64,000 bases of DNA from an uncultured Pseudomonadales bacterium (GCA_964447905.1 CAYUUK010000004.1:14695-78694), one strand, 5' to 3'. Positions 39,921 to 50,074 are shown, counted from the stretch's first letter. Program-made: numbers and translations. The notes: generated by a model not told the origin, from the letters alone.

Positions 39921-41611
39921 TTCACCATTATACGCCGAAAAATTCGGCGTTGTCGCGGTGGCGTTCTTTTTTTAAACGTCCGATTTTTTCTGGAATTTTG
40001 CTGGTTCTCATGAGCTGGGGTGGCTTCTTTTTGTATTTTTGGCCGCAGATGTTTCACTGGACAGCCAAGGGGTTAGAGGCTGGCTGGTTGTTTATCTGGG
40101 CAGACTGGTCTGCGCATCTCACGTACACGAATGTGTTTGTACATCGGCCACTTGAGCTTTGGCTGAGTGGGCACCCACTGTATGTGGGGCAGAAATTTTC
40201 GTATCCGTTTGCTACGAATTTGGTCTCAGCGCTTCTCATGCGTATGGGTTGGGATGTAGTTCCGGCTTTTATTGTGCCCAGTATTGTAATGACGCTGTGG
40301 TTATTAGTAGTTCTCCTTCTGTTTTATAAACAGATATCGCGCAGTGTGAGTCGCGCGTACGTTGGGGTTACTCTCTTTTTGGCTGGAGGTGGACTCGGTT
40401 TTTATACCTTCTTTCAGGATGTAGCCGAGTTTGGTTGGCAGAATATCTTGTATCCCGCTCGGCAAGCGACTCAGTTTGAAGCGGTTGGGTTGCGTTGGTA
40501 CAACGTCATAACTGGACAGCTGTTGCCGCAGCGAGCTTTCTTGTTTGGTTTACCCTGGTTTTTGAGCGTAGCGCTCTGGTTGGAAAACTGGCGTCAACGG
40601 CACTTTCATGGATGGAAGTGGTGGCGGGTAAGCCTGGCGGGTGTTTTTGCGGGCTTCCTTGCTTTTGTGCATATGCATTCCTATATTGTTCTAGTGATCG
40701 CTTGTGCCGTTCTGGCGCTGTGGTACTGGCGAGCGTGGAAGTTTTGGTTGTTTTTTGCAGCCGGGGCGTTTTTTCCGAGTCTCCTAGTCTATAGTCTGCT
40801 GTACGGTGGTGAGGTGGGAGTTTCTTTTTTCCGGTGGTATCCTGGCTGGTTAGCTAATTCCCAAGCCTTTGGCATGAATTGGGGCTGGTTCTGGATTCTT
40901 AACTGGGGAGTGTTTTTGCCCCTTGCTGCGATCGGCACCTTTTTGCGCAAACACGCTCTCAGCCCGTGGATAGTTGTGGGATGGGTGCTTTTTGCTCTGG
41001 CAAATATGGTGTTGTTTCAGCCGTACGACTGGGATAATTCGAAAATCTTAACGTATGCGTATCTTCTTCTTGTTCCGGCTGTGTTGCATGCTTTGCTCGC
41101 AGTTTGGAATCTTTGGCAGAACCAGTCATTGTTTTTCCGGCGCAATGGCCAGTTCTTTGCTCTTTTGTTATTTGTTTCACTGACACTTTCTGGGTGGATT
41201 GATATTTGGCGCGTGAGTTATGTGGAGAAGCATTCGTATCAAATGATTTCGCATGAAGATATTGGTTTGGCCTCTGCATTTCGACAGATCAGTGAGCCAA
41301 CCGATAGGTCTCTCACCTCAGATGCCCACAATTTGTGGCTCCCGATGATGACTGGTCGTCCGGTGGTCATGGGGTATCGTGGCTGGCTATGGTCATATGG
41401 AATTCGCTACGATGCCGTGCAGCGTGATGTTGCCACCATGTACTCCGGTGGAGAAGCAGCAGAACAACTCATTGATCAGTATGCGGTCAAGTTTGTGGTG
41501 ATTGATCTTGGTGCCGAGCGAGATTGGCGTCCAAACGAAGCGTACTATGCTGAGCGATACCCGCTTGTTCTTTCCGGTCAGTACTCACGAGTGTATCAAG
41601 TACGGGACTAG
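39893..41611 (+). CDS. Multi-pass GT-C-like membrane protein (start uncertain)
   Basis: WADWSAH, YPF, LLPQRAFLFG, WDNSK and C-terminal GRPVVMGYRGWLWSYG; GAGGAG upstream of ATG 39893. Confidence 0.7.
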   Translation: MVLQKLISALHHYTPKNSALSRWRSFFKRPIFSGILLVLMSWGGFFLYFWPQMFHWTAKGLEAGWLFIWADWSAHLTYTNVFVHRPLELWLSGHPLYVGQKFSYPFATNLVSALLMRMGWDVVPAFIVPSIVMTLWLLVVLLLFYKQISRSVSRAYVGVTLFLAGGGLGFYTFFQDVAEFGWQNILYPARQATQFEAVGLRWYNVITGQLLPQRAFLFGLPWFLSVALWLENWRQRHFHGWKWWRVSLAGVFAGFLAFVHMHSYIVLVIACAVLALWYWRAWKFWLFFAAGAFFPSLLVYSLLYGGEVGVSFFRWYPGWLANSQAFGMNWGWFWILNWGVFLPLAAIGTFLRKHALSPWIVVGWVLFALANMVLFQPYDWDNSKILTYAYLLLVPAVLHALLAVWNLWQNQSLFFRRNGQFFALLLFVSLTLSGWIDIWRVSYVEKHSYQMISHEDIGLASAFRQISEPTDRSLTSDAHNLWLPMMTGRPVVMGYRGWLWSYGIRYDAVQRDVATMYSGGEAAEQLIDQYAVKFVVIDLGAERDWRPNEAYYAERYPLVLSGQYSRVYQVRD

Positions 41612-41619
41612 ATTTCGTT

Positions 41620-42291
41620 TTAGAGAAGGGCGAATTTTTTCGCATCAAGACTCGTGCTGCCCACCAGCACTCCGTCTATGCTTTCTTCCTGTAAGTAGAC
41701 GAGTGAATTTTCTGGACTCACGCTGCCACCATACAAAACGGGCACTGCTCCAAAGGCATCATGGAGTTTTTGGATAGTTTGGAGGGTTGTCTCTATCGGG
41801 TCTTCTTGACCGCCAAAGGTGCTGATAGCATGGACAGGTTCATATGCCACAATTATTTGCTCGCGTTGTGCGGCAGTGAGTTGGGCGGCTTGTTCTGCAA
41901 ATTGATCACGATCGACACAGATGATTGGTGTAATACCGGCATCGAGTGAAGTAGTAACTTTTTTGGCCACATCTGCTGAGGTTTCATTTTGATACCGTCG
42001 GCGCTCCGAGTGCCCGAGGATGGCATACTGTACACCTAAGTCAAGCAAGTTCTGCGCCGATATTTCACCGGTGTAGGCGCCAGCTCCGTAGGCACTGATA
42101 TCTTGCACTCCGAGAGTGAACTGCTTTTCCTGATTTTGGAGTGCCAGGAGAGCTGGGTAGGGCGGACACACTACATAGGTATAGGTGTCTTTGGGTGTTT
42201 GTTTGGCAAAGGTTTCTGCCCAGTGTTTGGCTTCGGACACTGACTTGTTTGATTTCCAGTTGGCAACGATGAGTTTGCGGGAGAGTTTCAT
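41620..42291 (-). CDS. tpiA: Triosephosphate isomerase (short, divergent)
   Basis: ANWKSN, GAYTGEIS, ILGHSERR, AYEPVHAI and VLYGGSV. Confidence 0.92.
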   Translation of the reverse strand: MKLSRKLIVANWKSNKSVSEAKHWAETFAKQTPKDTYTYVVCPPYPALLALQNQEKQFTLGVQDISAYGAGAYTGEISAQNLLDLGVQYAILGHSERRRYQNETSADVAKKVTTSLDAGITPIICVDRDQFAEQAAQLTAAQREQIIVAYEPVHAISTFGGQEDPIETTLQTIQKLHDAFGAVPVLYGGSVSPENSLVYLQEESIDGVLVGSTSLDAKKFALL

Positions 42292-42426
42292 ATATATGCA
42301 TCATACAACATCATCTGCTCAGCGGGAAAATGTGTTGGTATGGTATACTGTACGTTCTGTTCGGTTTGAAGTTTGCCAGGTGGCAAATGATGCGATTCTC
42401 TCCGTTAGTACAAACAAAAAGGAATT

Positions 42427-43602
42427 ATGTCTTATTCTCGCGGGGGGAGACGTCGCTTTGGTCGCCGTTCGAGCTCCAAAAAAAATACTACTGGCCGTGA
42501 AGGTCGTTTACAGCGCTATACCAACTCGGCGCAGGCCGTCGTGGCCGAATTACCAGAAGTGAACATTGAGCATCAGTTTACTGATTTTGCGCTTGATGAT
42601 CGTCTCCAGAAAAACATTGCTCAGCGTGGCTACGAAGAGCCTACTCCTATTCAGGACCAGGCTATTCCAGAGTTACTGGCTGGGAGAGATGTCGTGGGTA
42701 TTGCCAACACCGGAACCGGTAAAACAGCCGCGTTTCTTTTGCCGTTTATCGACAAAGTGTTACAAGATCCCGATCAAGGTGTGCTCATTTTAGCGCCAAC
42801 TCGTGAGTTAGCGCTGCAGATTCGTGATGAGTTTATTGAGTTTGCTAAAGATTTACCACTGGGAGTTTCTGTCTGTATCGGTGGAACCAATATGGAGCGC
42901 CAAATCAAACAGCTGGCACAGAACCCACATTTTGTGATTGCCACGCCTGGTCGTTTGATCGACTTGCTCAAACGTCGTCACTTTGACCCAGAGATGTTTA
43001 CCAATATTGTGCTCGACGAAGTCGATCGCATGCTCGACATCGGTTTCCGTCAAGATATTTTGTTCTTGATCTCCAAGTTGCCACGCAAACGCCACGCGGC
43101 TTTCTTTAGTGCCACGAGCGATTCTGCTACTGATGAAATCATGCGCAAACTGATGGACAAACCAGTGAAGATTAGTGTCAAACAAGCGGAGACAAGTCAT
43201 CATGTGGAGCAGAAGGCTCTGCCGGTCAAAATTGGCCAGGACAAAGTCGAGATGCTGCACGATATTCTTATTCAAGGTGACGTTGATAAAGCGATCATTT
43301 TTGGTCGTACCAAACACGGCATTAACAAGCTGGAAAAGAAGCTGAAAGAGCGTGGATTTAAAGTAATCGCTATTCACGGAAACAAAAGCCAAGGAGCTCG
43401 CCAACGGGCCCTGCGTACGTTTAAAGATGGACACGTCCAAGCTTTACTCGCTACTGATGTGGCTGCTCGTGGTATTGATATTGATGACGTTTCTCACGTT
43501 ATTAACTATGACGAACCACAGTCCTACGCTGACTACGTGCACCGTATTGGCCGTACTGGTCGCGCGGGCAAAGTCGGAACCGCAATTACGTTTGTAGAAT
43601 AA
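42427..43602 (+). CDS. DEAD-box RNA helicase
   Basis: PTPIQ, TGTGKT, APTRELA, TPGRL, DEVD, SAT, TDVAARGID and HRIGRTGRAG. Confidence 0.95.
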   Translation: MSYSRGGRRRFGRRSSSKKNTTGREGRLQRYTNSAQAVVAELPEVNIEHQFTDFALDDRLQKNIAQRGYEEPTPIQDQAIPELLAGRDVVGIANTGTGKTAAFLLPFIDKVLQDPDQGVLILAPTRELALQIRDEFIEFAKDLPLGVSVCIGGTNMERQIKQLAQNPHFVIATPGRLIDLLKRRHFDPEMFTNIVLDEVDRMLDIGFRQDILFLISKLPRKRHAAFFSATSDSATDEIMRKLMDKPVKISVKQAETSHHVEQKALPVKIGQDKVEMLHDILIQGDVDKAIIFGRTKHGINKLEKKLKERGFKVIAIHGNKSQGARQRALRTFKDGHVQALLATDVAARGIDIDDVSHVINYDEPQSYADYVHRIGRTGRAGKVGTAITFVE

Positions 43603-43670
43603 GGAAAAATCTACAGCCAGCAGAATTGCTGTCTTTCGTTTGTGCGTTTTTTTTGCTAGGGTGTGAATCT

Positions 43671-45596
43671 ATGTCCCAATCAGAGCCAGCGTACTTGAGT
43701 GTACTTAACGAGGAACAACGCCAAGCAGTCTTGCATGGCGATGGTCCAGCCATGGTGCTTGCTGGCGCGGGCTCTGGGAAAACACGCGTCTTGACCACGC
43801 GAGTAGCCTACTTGATTGACCAAAAGGGTATTCAACCAGACGAGATTGTTTTACTGACGTTTACCAACAAAGCCGCCAAAGAAATGGAAGAGCGCGTGCG
43901 CGTGCTCACTGGATACAGTCTGCCATATGCTGGCACGTTCCATCGTTTGTGTGCGCGGTTGTTACGGCGCCATGCCGAGCTGGTGGGACTCTCTCAAAGC
44001 TACGTGATCTATGACAGCGATGATCAACTTTCACTTATTAAGCTCATTGCCAAAGAACTCAACCTCGACTCCAAAAAGTACCATCCGCGTGCACTAGTGA
44101 AGAGTATTTCTGAGTCCAAACAACAGTTGATCACTCCAGAAGAGTATGAGCAGTTTGCGCGTGGGCCGTTCCAAACGACGGTGGCGCGAGTGTATCGCAT
44201 CTACGAAAAAAAATTGATCGAAGCTGGGGCTGTTGATTTTGACAACATGCTCAGTAAAGTAGTGGAACTATTCCGCAAAAACGAACACATCCGCAAACAG
44301 TATCAGCAGCAGTGGAAACACGTCTTGATTGATGAGTACCAGGATACCAACCATGCGCAGTATGTATTAACGAAGTTGATTGCCTTTCCGCAAAATAATC
44401 TCTATGTGGTTGGGGATGCGAGTCAGGCCATCTACGGGTGGCGTGGCGCCGACTACCGCAACTTGCTCAAACTGCGTCAAGATTTTGCCAATGTGGAAGA
44501 GTATCGCTTAGAGCGAAATTACAGGTCCACACCAAGTATTTTGGAAGCGGCTTCCAACGTTATTCGCAATAACACCATGCATCCGGTTTTGGAGTTGTGG
44601 ACCGATAGCGTTGATACGCATAAACTCCGCGTTTTGCAGGCGAATGACGGTACCGAAGAAGCCCATCTCGTTGCCAACATCATCGCGCGCGAACATCCCG
44701 ATGAACTGAGTGATGTGGCCATTTTATACCGCACCAACGCACAAAGTCGTGAGTTTGAAGAAGCACTTTTGCGCAAAGGAATTCCGTACAAATTGGTTGG
44801 CGGGGTGGCTTTTTACTCGCGTAAAGAAATCAAAGATATTCTGGCCTATTTGCAGTTGGTCTACCAACCGAATGACGTAATCAGTGAAAATCGGGTCATA
44901 AAGCTTGGTAAGCGCCGCTATGCCGATTTTACCGAGTGGCGAGACAGCGTGCGTAATCTCGAGACCGGTGAAGTCTCGGGCACCACCCAAGAACTGCTTG
45001 AAGGTATCTTAAAGTCCACCAAGTATATGGACAAACTCAACGAAAAAGATCCTACCGATCTTACCCGTATAGAAAATATTCAAGAGCTACACTCGGTAGC
45101 GGCCCAGTTTCCTGAACTCCCGCTCTTTTTAGAGCAGGTCGCGCTCGTTGGTGGCGAACGGGAAGAACGCTCAAGCATGGGAGAAGGCCCAGCGGTTACG
45201 CTTATGTCGTTACATGCGGCAAAAGGGCTCGAGTTCCCGTATGTCTTTTTGGTGGGTCTTGAGGAAGGTTTGTTCCCACACAGCCGTTCATTGCAAGATC
45301 GCGAGCAGATGGAAGAGGAGCGACGGCTCTGTTATGTCGGTATTACGCGGGCGAAGAGTCGTTTGGTGCTGTCGTACGCGCAGCGACGTTTACTGTACGG
45401 AAACTACTCACAACAGATGCCAGCTCGTTTCTTGCGCGAAATACCCATGCATGCGTTTGAAGACGGTGCCTCGCCGTTCGGTCCAAACTCTCGACTGCAT
45501 TCGGCAAGTTCCCACTCCGAAACCCCATTTGACGACCCCATGCTCGACGCCATTCTGGATGGCAGCATGGATATTGATGAGTGGCTGGGCCGGTAG
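43671..45596 (+). CDS. pcrA: ATP-dependent DNA helicase PcrA/UvrD
   Basis: LAGAGSGKT, TFTNKAA, IDEYQDTN, LERNYRST, YRTNAQSR, HAAKGLEF and EERRLCYVGITRA. Confidence 0.93.
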   Translation: MSQSEPAYLSVLNEEQRQAVLHGDGPAMVLAGAGSGKTRVLTTRVAYLIDQKGIQPDEIVLLTFTNKAAKEMEERVRVLTGYSLPYAGTFHRLCARLLRRHAELVGLSQSYVIYDSDDQLSLIKLIAKELNLDSKKYHPRALVKSISESKQQLITPEEYEQFARGPFQTTVARVYRIYEKKLIEAGAVDFDNMLSKVVELFRKNEHIRKQYQQQWKHVLIDEYQDTNHAQYVLTKLIAFPQNNLYVVGDASQAIYGWRGADYRNLLKLRQDFANVEEYRLERNYRSTPSILEAASNVIRNNTMHPVLELWTDSVDTHKLRVLQANDGTEEAHLVANIIAREHPDELSDVAILYRTNAQSREFEEALLRKGIPYKLVGGVAFYSRKEIKDILAYLQLVYQPNDVISENRVIKLGKRRYADFTEWRDSVRNLETGEVSGTTQELLEGILKSTKYMDKLNEKDPTDLTRIENIQELHSVAAQFPELPLFLEQVALVGGEREERSSMGEGPAVTLMSLHAAKGLEFPYVFLVGLEEGLFPHSRSLQDREQMEEERRLCYVGITRAKSRLVLSYAQRRLLYGNYSQQMPARFLREIPMHAFEDGASPFGPNSRLHSASSHSETPFDDPMLDAILDGSMDIDEWLGR

Positions 45597-45652
45597 GAGG
45601 AGCAGAGTCTCCTTTCTCCTTCCCGAGAAGTTTGCTACCATACGTACAGCTT

Positions 45653-46687
45653 ATGATTATTCGTCCGATTACCCTCGAAGAGAAAGCACGCTTTAATGCT
45701 GTGGCTACGCACCCACTGCAGTCTTGGGAGTGGGGTGAGTTTCGCCAGGCGACTGGTCAGGCCTTAGCTCGTTTGGGTATTTTTGATGACGATGGCCAGC
45801 TTGCGCAAGCGCTCTCGGTCACTTTTCACAAAATTCCTGTGTTGGGTGGTACTGCCGGATATATGCCGAAAGGTCCAGAGCCGACGCCACAAGTACTGCA
45901 AGCATTAACCGAGGTTGGTCGGCAACACAATAGTGTTTTTATTAAGTTGGAACCCAATGTGCAAGCACCCGTGAGCAAAGAAAACCCCTTCGCCGAGATT
46001 GAGAAAACTTTAGAAGCCAACAACGCCACCAGTGGCCGACCGCTGTTTACTCGCTACACGTTCGTCAAAGATCTTACCCCCGATGAAGAAACCCTCATGG
46101 CTGGTTTTAAAAGCAAGACCCGCTATAACATCCGCCTCGCTACGCGCAAGGGTGTGGAGGTAGTCGAAGATACTTCGCCAGCGGGTCTCGAAGAGTATTT
46201 GCGTTTGCTTGAAGAAACGACCTCGAGACAAGGGTTTTACGCGCATGGACCAGAATATTTCCGCACTATGTGGAAGGTTCTCGGTGAGAGCGGCATGATG
46301 CGAATTTTGAAAGCAACCTACGAAGGAAAAACCCTCAGTGCCTGGATACTCTTCATTTTTAATGGTGTTGGGTACTACCCATACGGAGCCAGTTCCCGTG
46401 AGCACAGAGATGTGATGGCCAATAACCTCATGATGTGGGAAGCGCTCAAACTCGCAAAGCGCGAAGGGTGTACTTCCTTTGACATGTGGGGTTCTTTGGG
46501 ACCAAATCCCGATACAAACCATAAATGGTATGGTTTCCACAAGTTTAAAGAGGGGTACGACGTGCAGTTAGTGCAGTCGCTGCCCACTCACGATCTGGTG
46601 GTGAACTCACCTGTGTACACAGTATTCACGTTCGGTGACAGCTTGCGCTGGAAATGGCTTCGTCTGCGAGCCGCTCTCGGAAAATAG
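45653..46687 (+). CDS. FemABX-family peptidoglycan bridge aminoacyltransferase
   Basis: HPLQSWEWGEFR, PKGP, KTRYNIRLA, YYPYGAS, FDMWG and FKEGY. Confidence 0.9.
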   Translation: MIIRPITLEEKARFNAVATHPLQSWEWGEFRQATGQALARLGIFDDDGQLAQALSVTFHKIPVLGGTAGYMPKGPEPTPQVLQALTEVGRQHNSVFIKLEPNVQAPVSKENPFAEIEKTLEANNATSGRPLFTRYTFVKDLTPDEETLMAGFKSKTRYNIRLATRKGVEVVEDTSPAGLEEYLRLLEETTSRQGFYAHGPEYFRTMWKVLGESGMMRILKATYEGKTLSAWILFIFNGVGYYPYGASSREHRDVMANNLMMWEALKLAKREGCTSFDMWGSLGPNPDTNHKWYGFHKFKEGYDVQLVQSLPTHDLVVNSPVYTVFTFGDSLRWKWLRLRAALGK

Positions 46688-46696
46688 AAGGAAGTT

Positions 46697-47800
46697 ATGA
46701 CCCAATCGGCACACCGCTTTATTTTTCCTTTTTTGCGCGGACTGTTCATTTCGCTTTTTTTTGGCACCGTCATTTTTGGTTTTGTCGCATTCTGGTTTGC
46801 AGGTGCATTGTTTGCTCGGGGCGCCGAGCTGAATGCACTGTTTTTTGAAACCGCAGGTCGATCCACTGTTTCTATTGCCGCTGAGGCATTAGGCGGAGTA
46901 TGGGTGGCGCAGCAGGAAGCGGTGCATGAACCATATAGAGTATTGGTCTTGGGAACAGATGAAGTAGCCGGCAGCGGTCGTTCCGCTGTTTTGACCGATA
47001 CACTCATGATTGCGAGCTATAACCCAGAAACAAATGCTGTTTCTCTCGTAAGTCTGCCTCGCGATCTGTATCACCCAGAGTATGCTACCAAGATTAATGC
47101 CTTGTATTTTTACGGTCAGGAGCGGTATCCGACTCGTCCAGAAACCTTTCCTGCTGAAGTTCTTACGGATATGACCGGTCTGGATTTTGAAAGTGTGTTG
47201 GTTATTTCCCTGGCTGATGTGCAGAATCTTATCGATCTCGTGGGTGGAGTGGAAATTGATGTACCAAAGACATTTACAGATGATCAATTCCCTCGTGATG
47301 GGGTGGATGTTTCGGTCGAGACAGATCCGGTCATTCTCTATGAAACGATAACCTTCGAAGAAGGGGTGCAGCGTATGGATGGTAAAAAAGCGCTCCAGTA
47401 CATTCGCACTCGCAAAAGCTCAGATCCCAACGAGGGCACCGATGAATCTCGCACTCGTCGGCAGCGGCAGGTCCTCACAGCGCTGGCAAATCAGCTTACT
47501 GATCCCAATTTTGTCGCGAACCCGGTCAATATGGGTCGGCTGTATCGTTTTTACGCTGAGCGGTATCAACAGGAGGCGTCCTTATACGAGCTCGGCGTGG
47601 TAGCCGGAGAAGTTATTCAAAATAGGCAGTTGCCGGAGTTTATCTCGGTAGAAATGCCGGTAACCGCAGCTGGGACTGCCACCGACAGTGCTACTCTTTT
47701 TGTCCACCCACCGGTCGAAAAATACGGTCAGTGGGTCTACGAGCCTGTTGACCCAACCTGGCAGCAGTTGCGCGAGTTTATGCAACAAAGGAATTTTTAG
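46697..47800 (+). CDS. LCP (LytR-CpsA-Psr) family protein
   Basis: N-terminal TM, VLVLGTD, TDTLMIA, SLPRDL, KINALY, ALQYIRTR and D..RTRRQRQV. Confidence 0.92.
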   Translation: MTQSAHRFIFPFLRGLFISLFFGTVIFGFVAFWFAGALFARGAELNALFFETAGRSTVSIAAEALGGVWVAQQEAVHEPYRVLVLGTDEVAGSGRSAVLTDTLMIASYNPETNAVSLVSLPRDLYHPEYATKINALYFYGQERYPTRPETFPAEVLTDMTGLDFESVLVISLADVQNLIDLVGGVEIDVPKTFTDDQFPRDGVDVSVETDPVILYETITFEEGVQRMDGKKALQYIRTRKSSDPNEGTDESRTRRQRQVLTALANQLTDPNFVANPVNMGRLYRFYAERYQQEASLYELGVVAGEVIQNRQLPEFISVEMPVTAAGTATDSATLFVHPPVEKYGQWVYEPVDPTWQQLREFMQQRNF

Positions 47801-47825
47801 TAGCACTTCTAGTACTGTGAGCCAT

Positions 47826-48905
47826 TTACGTTGCAGAAGACAGTACGTTTTGAGAAAAATCGTCGAGTCGCCATTGTGGTCGGCGATCAAGTTTTTCAAG
47901 TTTGAGGTGGTAGTTGTGCTGAAAGTGGAGTTGTGCCGCGAGCGCAATCATCGCAGCGTTATCCTGACAGAGTGAAAAAGTGTATGGCCATGCCACTGCA
48001 GCACCGGTTGGGGCCAGTGTCTGGTGGAGTTTTTCTCTGAGTACCGTATTGGCTGCCACACCACCTCCCAACAGGACGTGAGAAACTGGATACTCAACTA
48101 GTACTTTTTTCACTTTGCCCAGTAAAGTTTCTAAGGCAGCATTTTGAAAACTTGCTGCGACATCTTTCATTTCTTGATCCTGTAAAGTTCTTTCGCCAGT
48201 ATTGGTAATTTCGCGAATGAGGCGGAGGGTGGCTGTTTTAATGCCAGAGTAGCTTACGTTGTAGTCACCAGACTGGCGCATGGCAATTGGCAGCGCATAG
48301 GCTGACGCGTCTCCCTCATCGGCGAGTCGAGCGAGTTTGCCGCCACCAGGAAAGCCGAGACCGAGCATGCGGGCGACTTTGTCGTACGCTTCGCCCAGCG
48401 CATCGTCGAGTGTCTCGCCAATGATTTCGTATTTTCCCCAACCATGAATCAGCACAATTTCTGTGTGTCCGCCAGAAGCGAGTATTCCTAGGGCCGGAAA
48501 AGTGAGTGTATCTGGATCTAAGCCCCCTTCTCCGTGCGCATCTGCTGCGAGAGCGGACCAGAGATGACCTTCCATATGATGCACTGGTTCCAGTGGTTTC
48601 TGCCATTCTTGCGCTAGCTGAACTGCTTTGGTCACGCCTATCTCGAGCGATGGTGCCAGCCCAGGGCCAATTGTGACCGCAATGGCATCAATGTCGTGAG
48701 GTTGTACACCTGCTGTTGCCAGCGCTTTTTCAAGTACGAGCGGGAAGTTCTTCTCGTGTTCTCTTTTTGCCAGTATTGGCACTACTCCACCAAACTCCTT
48801 ATGGGTAGCATCCTGGGAGGAGATGCAGTTTGCTAGGACCTTGCGGCCCTCAACGAGAGCGATGGATGTGTCGTCGCAAGAAGTATCAATGCCAAGTATT
48901 TTCAT
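47826..48905 (-). CDS. tsaD: tRNA t6A threonylcarbamoyltransferase TsaD
   Basis: ILGIDTSCDDT, GGVVP, GPGL, HHMEGH, SGGHT, DDALGEAYDKVAR, GGGVAAN and DNAAMIA. Confidence 0.97.
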   Translation of the reverse strand: MKILGIDTSCDDTSIALVEGRKVLANCISSQDATHKEFGGVVPILAKREHEKNFPLVLEKALATAGVQPHDIDAIAVTIGPGLAPSLEIGVTKAVQLAQEWQKPLEPVHHMEGHLWSALAADAHGEGGLDPDTLTFPALGILASGGHTEIVLIHGWGKYEIIGETLDDALGEAYDKVARMLGLGFPGGGKLARLADEGDASAYALPIAMRQSGDYNVSYSGIKTATLRLIREITNTGERTLQDQEMKDVAASFQNAALETLLGKVKKVLVEYPVSHVLLGGGVAANTVLREKLHQTLAPTGAAVAWPYTFSLCQDNAAMIALAAQLHFQHNYHLKLEKLDRRPQWRLDDFSQNVLSSAT

Positions 48906-48908
48906 AAT

Positions 48909-50003
48909 TTATATACTTTCTGGATAACTGGTAGTGAGGGTGAGTTGACGGGTGTTTTCACTGGAACTGGAAAAGGCAACGTGTACCACTACTGCTTTAC
49001 TGCGCCACTCTTGTAAAAACGCACTGTCCAAAGCTGCCCACTCGAGCACCACAATGCCAGAGCTCTCGAGCGCATCTTTCACTCCGAGTGTCGCGAGCTC
49101 TTCTTGATTTTCGATTCGCCAGGCGTCTACGTGGAGGAATGGAACGGTTTCTTTTTGGGCGGTAAAAGTATACTCATGCACGAGTGAGTATGAAGGAGAT
49201 TTCACCAGGTCAGGGGTTTTTACTCCCGCGGCAATTCCTTTGGTGAGGTGTGTTTTGCCACTTCCCATTTCACCGGTTAAAGCAAAAATAAGCGGTGTTT
49301 GTCCCCAGAAACTTTTGTATTTCGTGACGAGCTGCTGACCAAAGGCGAGTGTTTCTGCTGTCGATTCGGAAGTGAAGGTGGTGGTTTCTGGTAACTGAAT
49401 ACTTCCTTGGCGGATGATGCGTAACGTAGGTGCGCGAGCGTCAACAATAGTTGTGGGAAGAGCACTAGGGAGCGTACCGGCATCAAGTATGATTCCAACC
49501 ATCTCTTTTTGCTCAGGAGTGAAGTCTTCGAGAAGTTCATCAATGTTGTAGGGCTGTTTGCCATCAGACGGATTGGCTGAGGTGGCGGTGATGGGTTTTC
49601 CAAAGGCTTGTACCAATTCACAAACCAGGAGTGAGTCTGGGATGCGGATGCCGATGCTACCGTCTTCATTGGCGACGTGTGGCGCCAGTTTTCCTGTAAC
49701 AGCGTCAGAAATAACAGTCAAAGGGCCAGGCAAGTGATCTTGATAGAGTGTCTCGGCGGTTTCAGTAAGGTGTACGTATTGTAGCGCCATTTCTTGGTCG
49801 ACGACAGCAATCGAGAAGGGTTTATTTTGGCGATTTCCCTTGTAGGCACGCAAACGCTGTACTGCTTCATGAAGCGTAGCATCTGCTCCAATACCGTAGC
49901 AGGTTTCAGTGGGATAGATAACCAGTTGACCTTGATTGAGAGCTTCAACTGCTCGTTCTATTGCTCCCAGGAGCGGTGTAGTTGTCAGTGTAATTCGTTG
50001 CAT
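48909..50003 (-). CDS. tsaC-tsaE: Fusion of TsaC (YrdC/Sua5) and TsaE ATPase
   Basis: N-half: YPTETCYGIG, KGNRQNKP, PGPLT, GIRIP, TATSAN, TTIVD. C-half: GEMGSGKT, KSPSYSL, HVDAWRI, LEWA. Confidence 0.9.
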   Translation of the reverse strand: MQRITLTTTPLLGAIERAVEALNQGQLVIYPTETCYGIGADATLHEAVQRLRAYKGNRQNKPFSIAVVDQEMALQYVHLTETAETLYQDHLPGPLTVISDAVTGKLAPHVANEDGSIGIRIPDSLLVCELVQAFGKPITATSANPSDGKQPYNIDELLEDFTPEQKEMVGIILDAGTLPSALPTTIVDARAPTLRIIRQGSIQLPETTTFTSESTAETLAFGQQLVTKYKSFWGQTPLIFALTGEMGSGKTHLTKGIAAGVKTPDLVKSPSYSLVHEYTFTAQKETVPFLHVDAWRIENQEELATLGVKDALESSGIVVLEWAALDSAFLQEWRSKAVVVHVAFSSSSENTRQLTLTTSYPESI

Positions 50004-50074
50004 GGTGATTTCTCCGTTGGACACTCCGTATTGTAGCAGGCGAAAAAACAAAAAACTGGTATACTATCCGAGTT

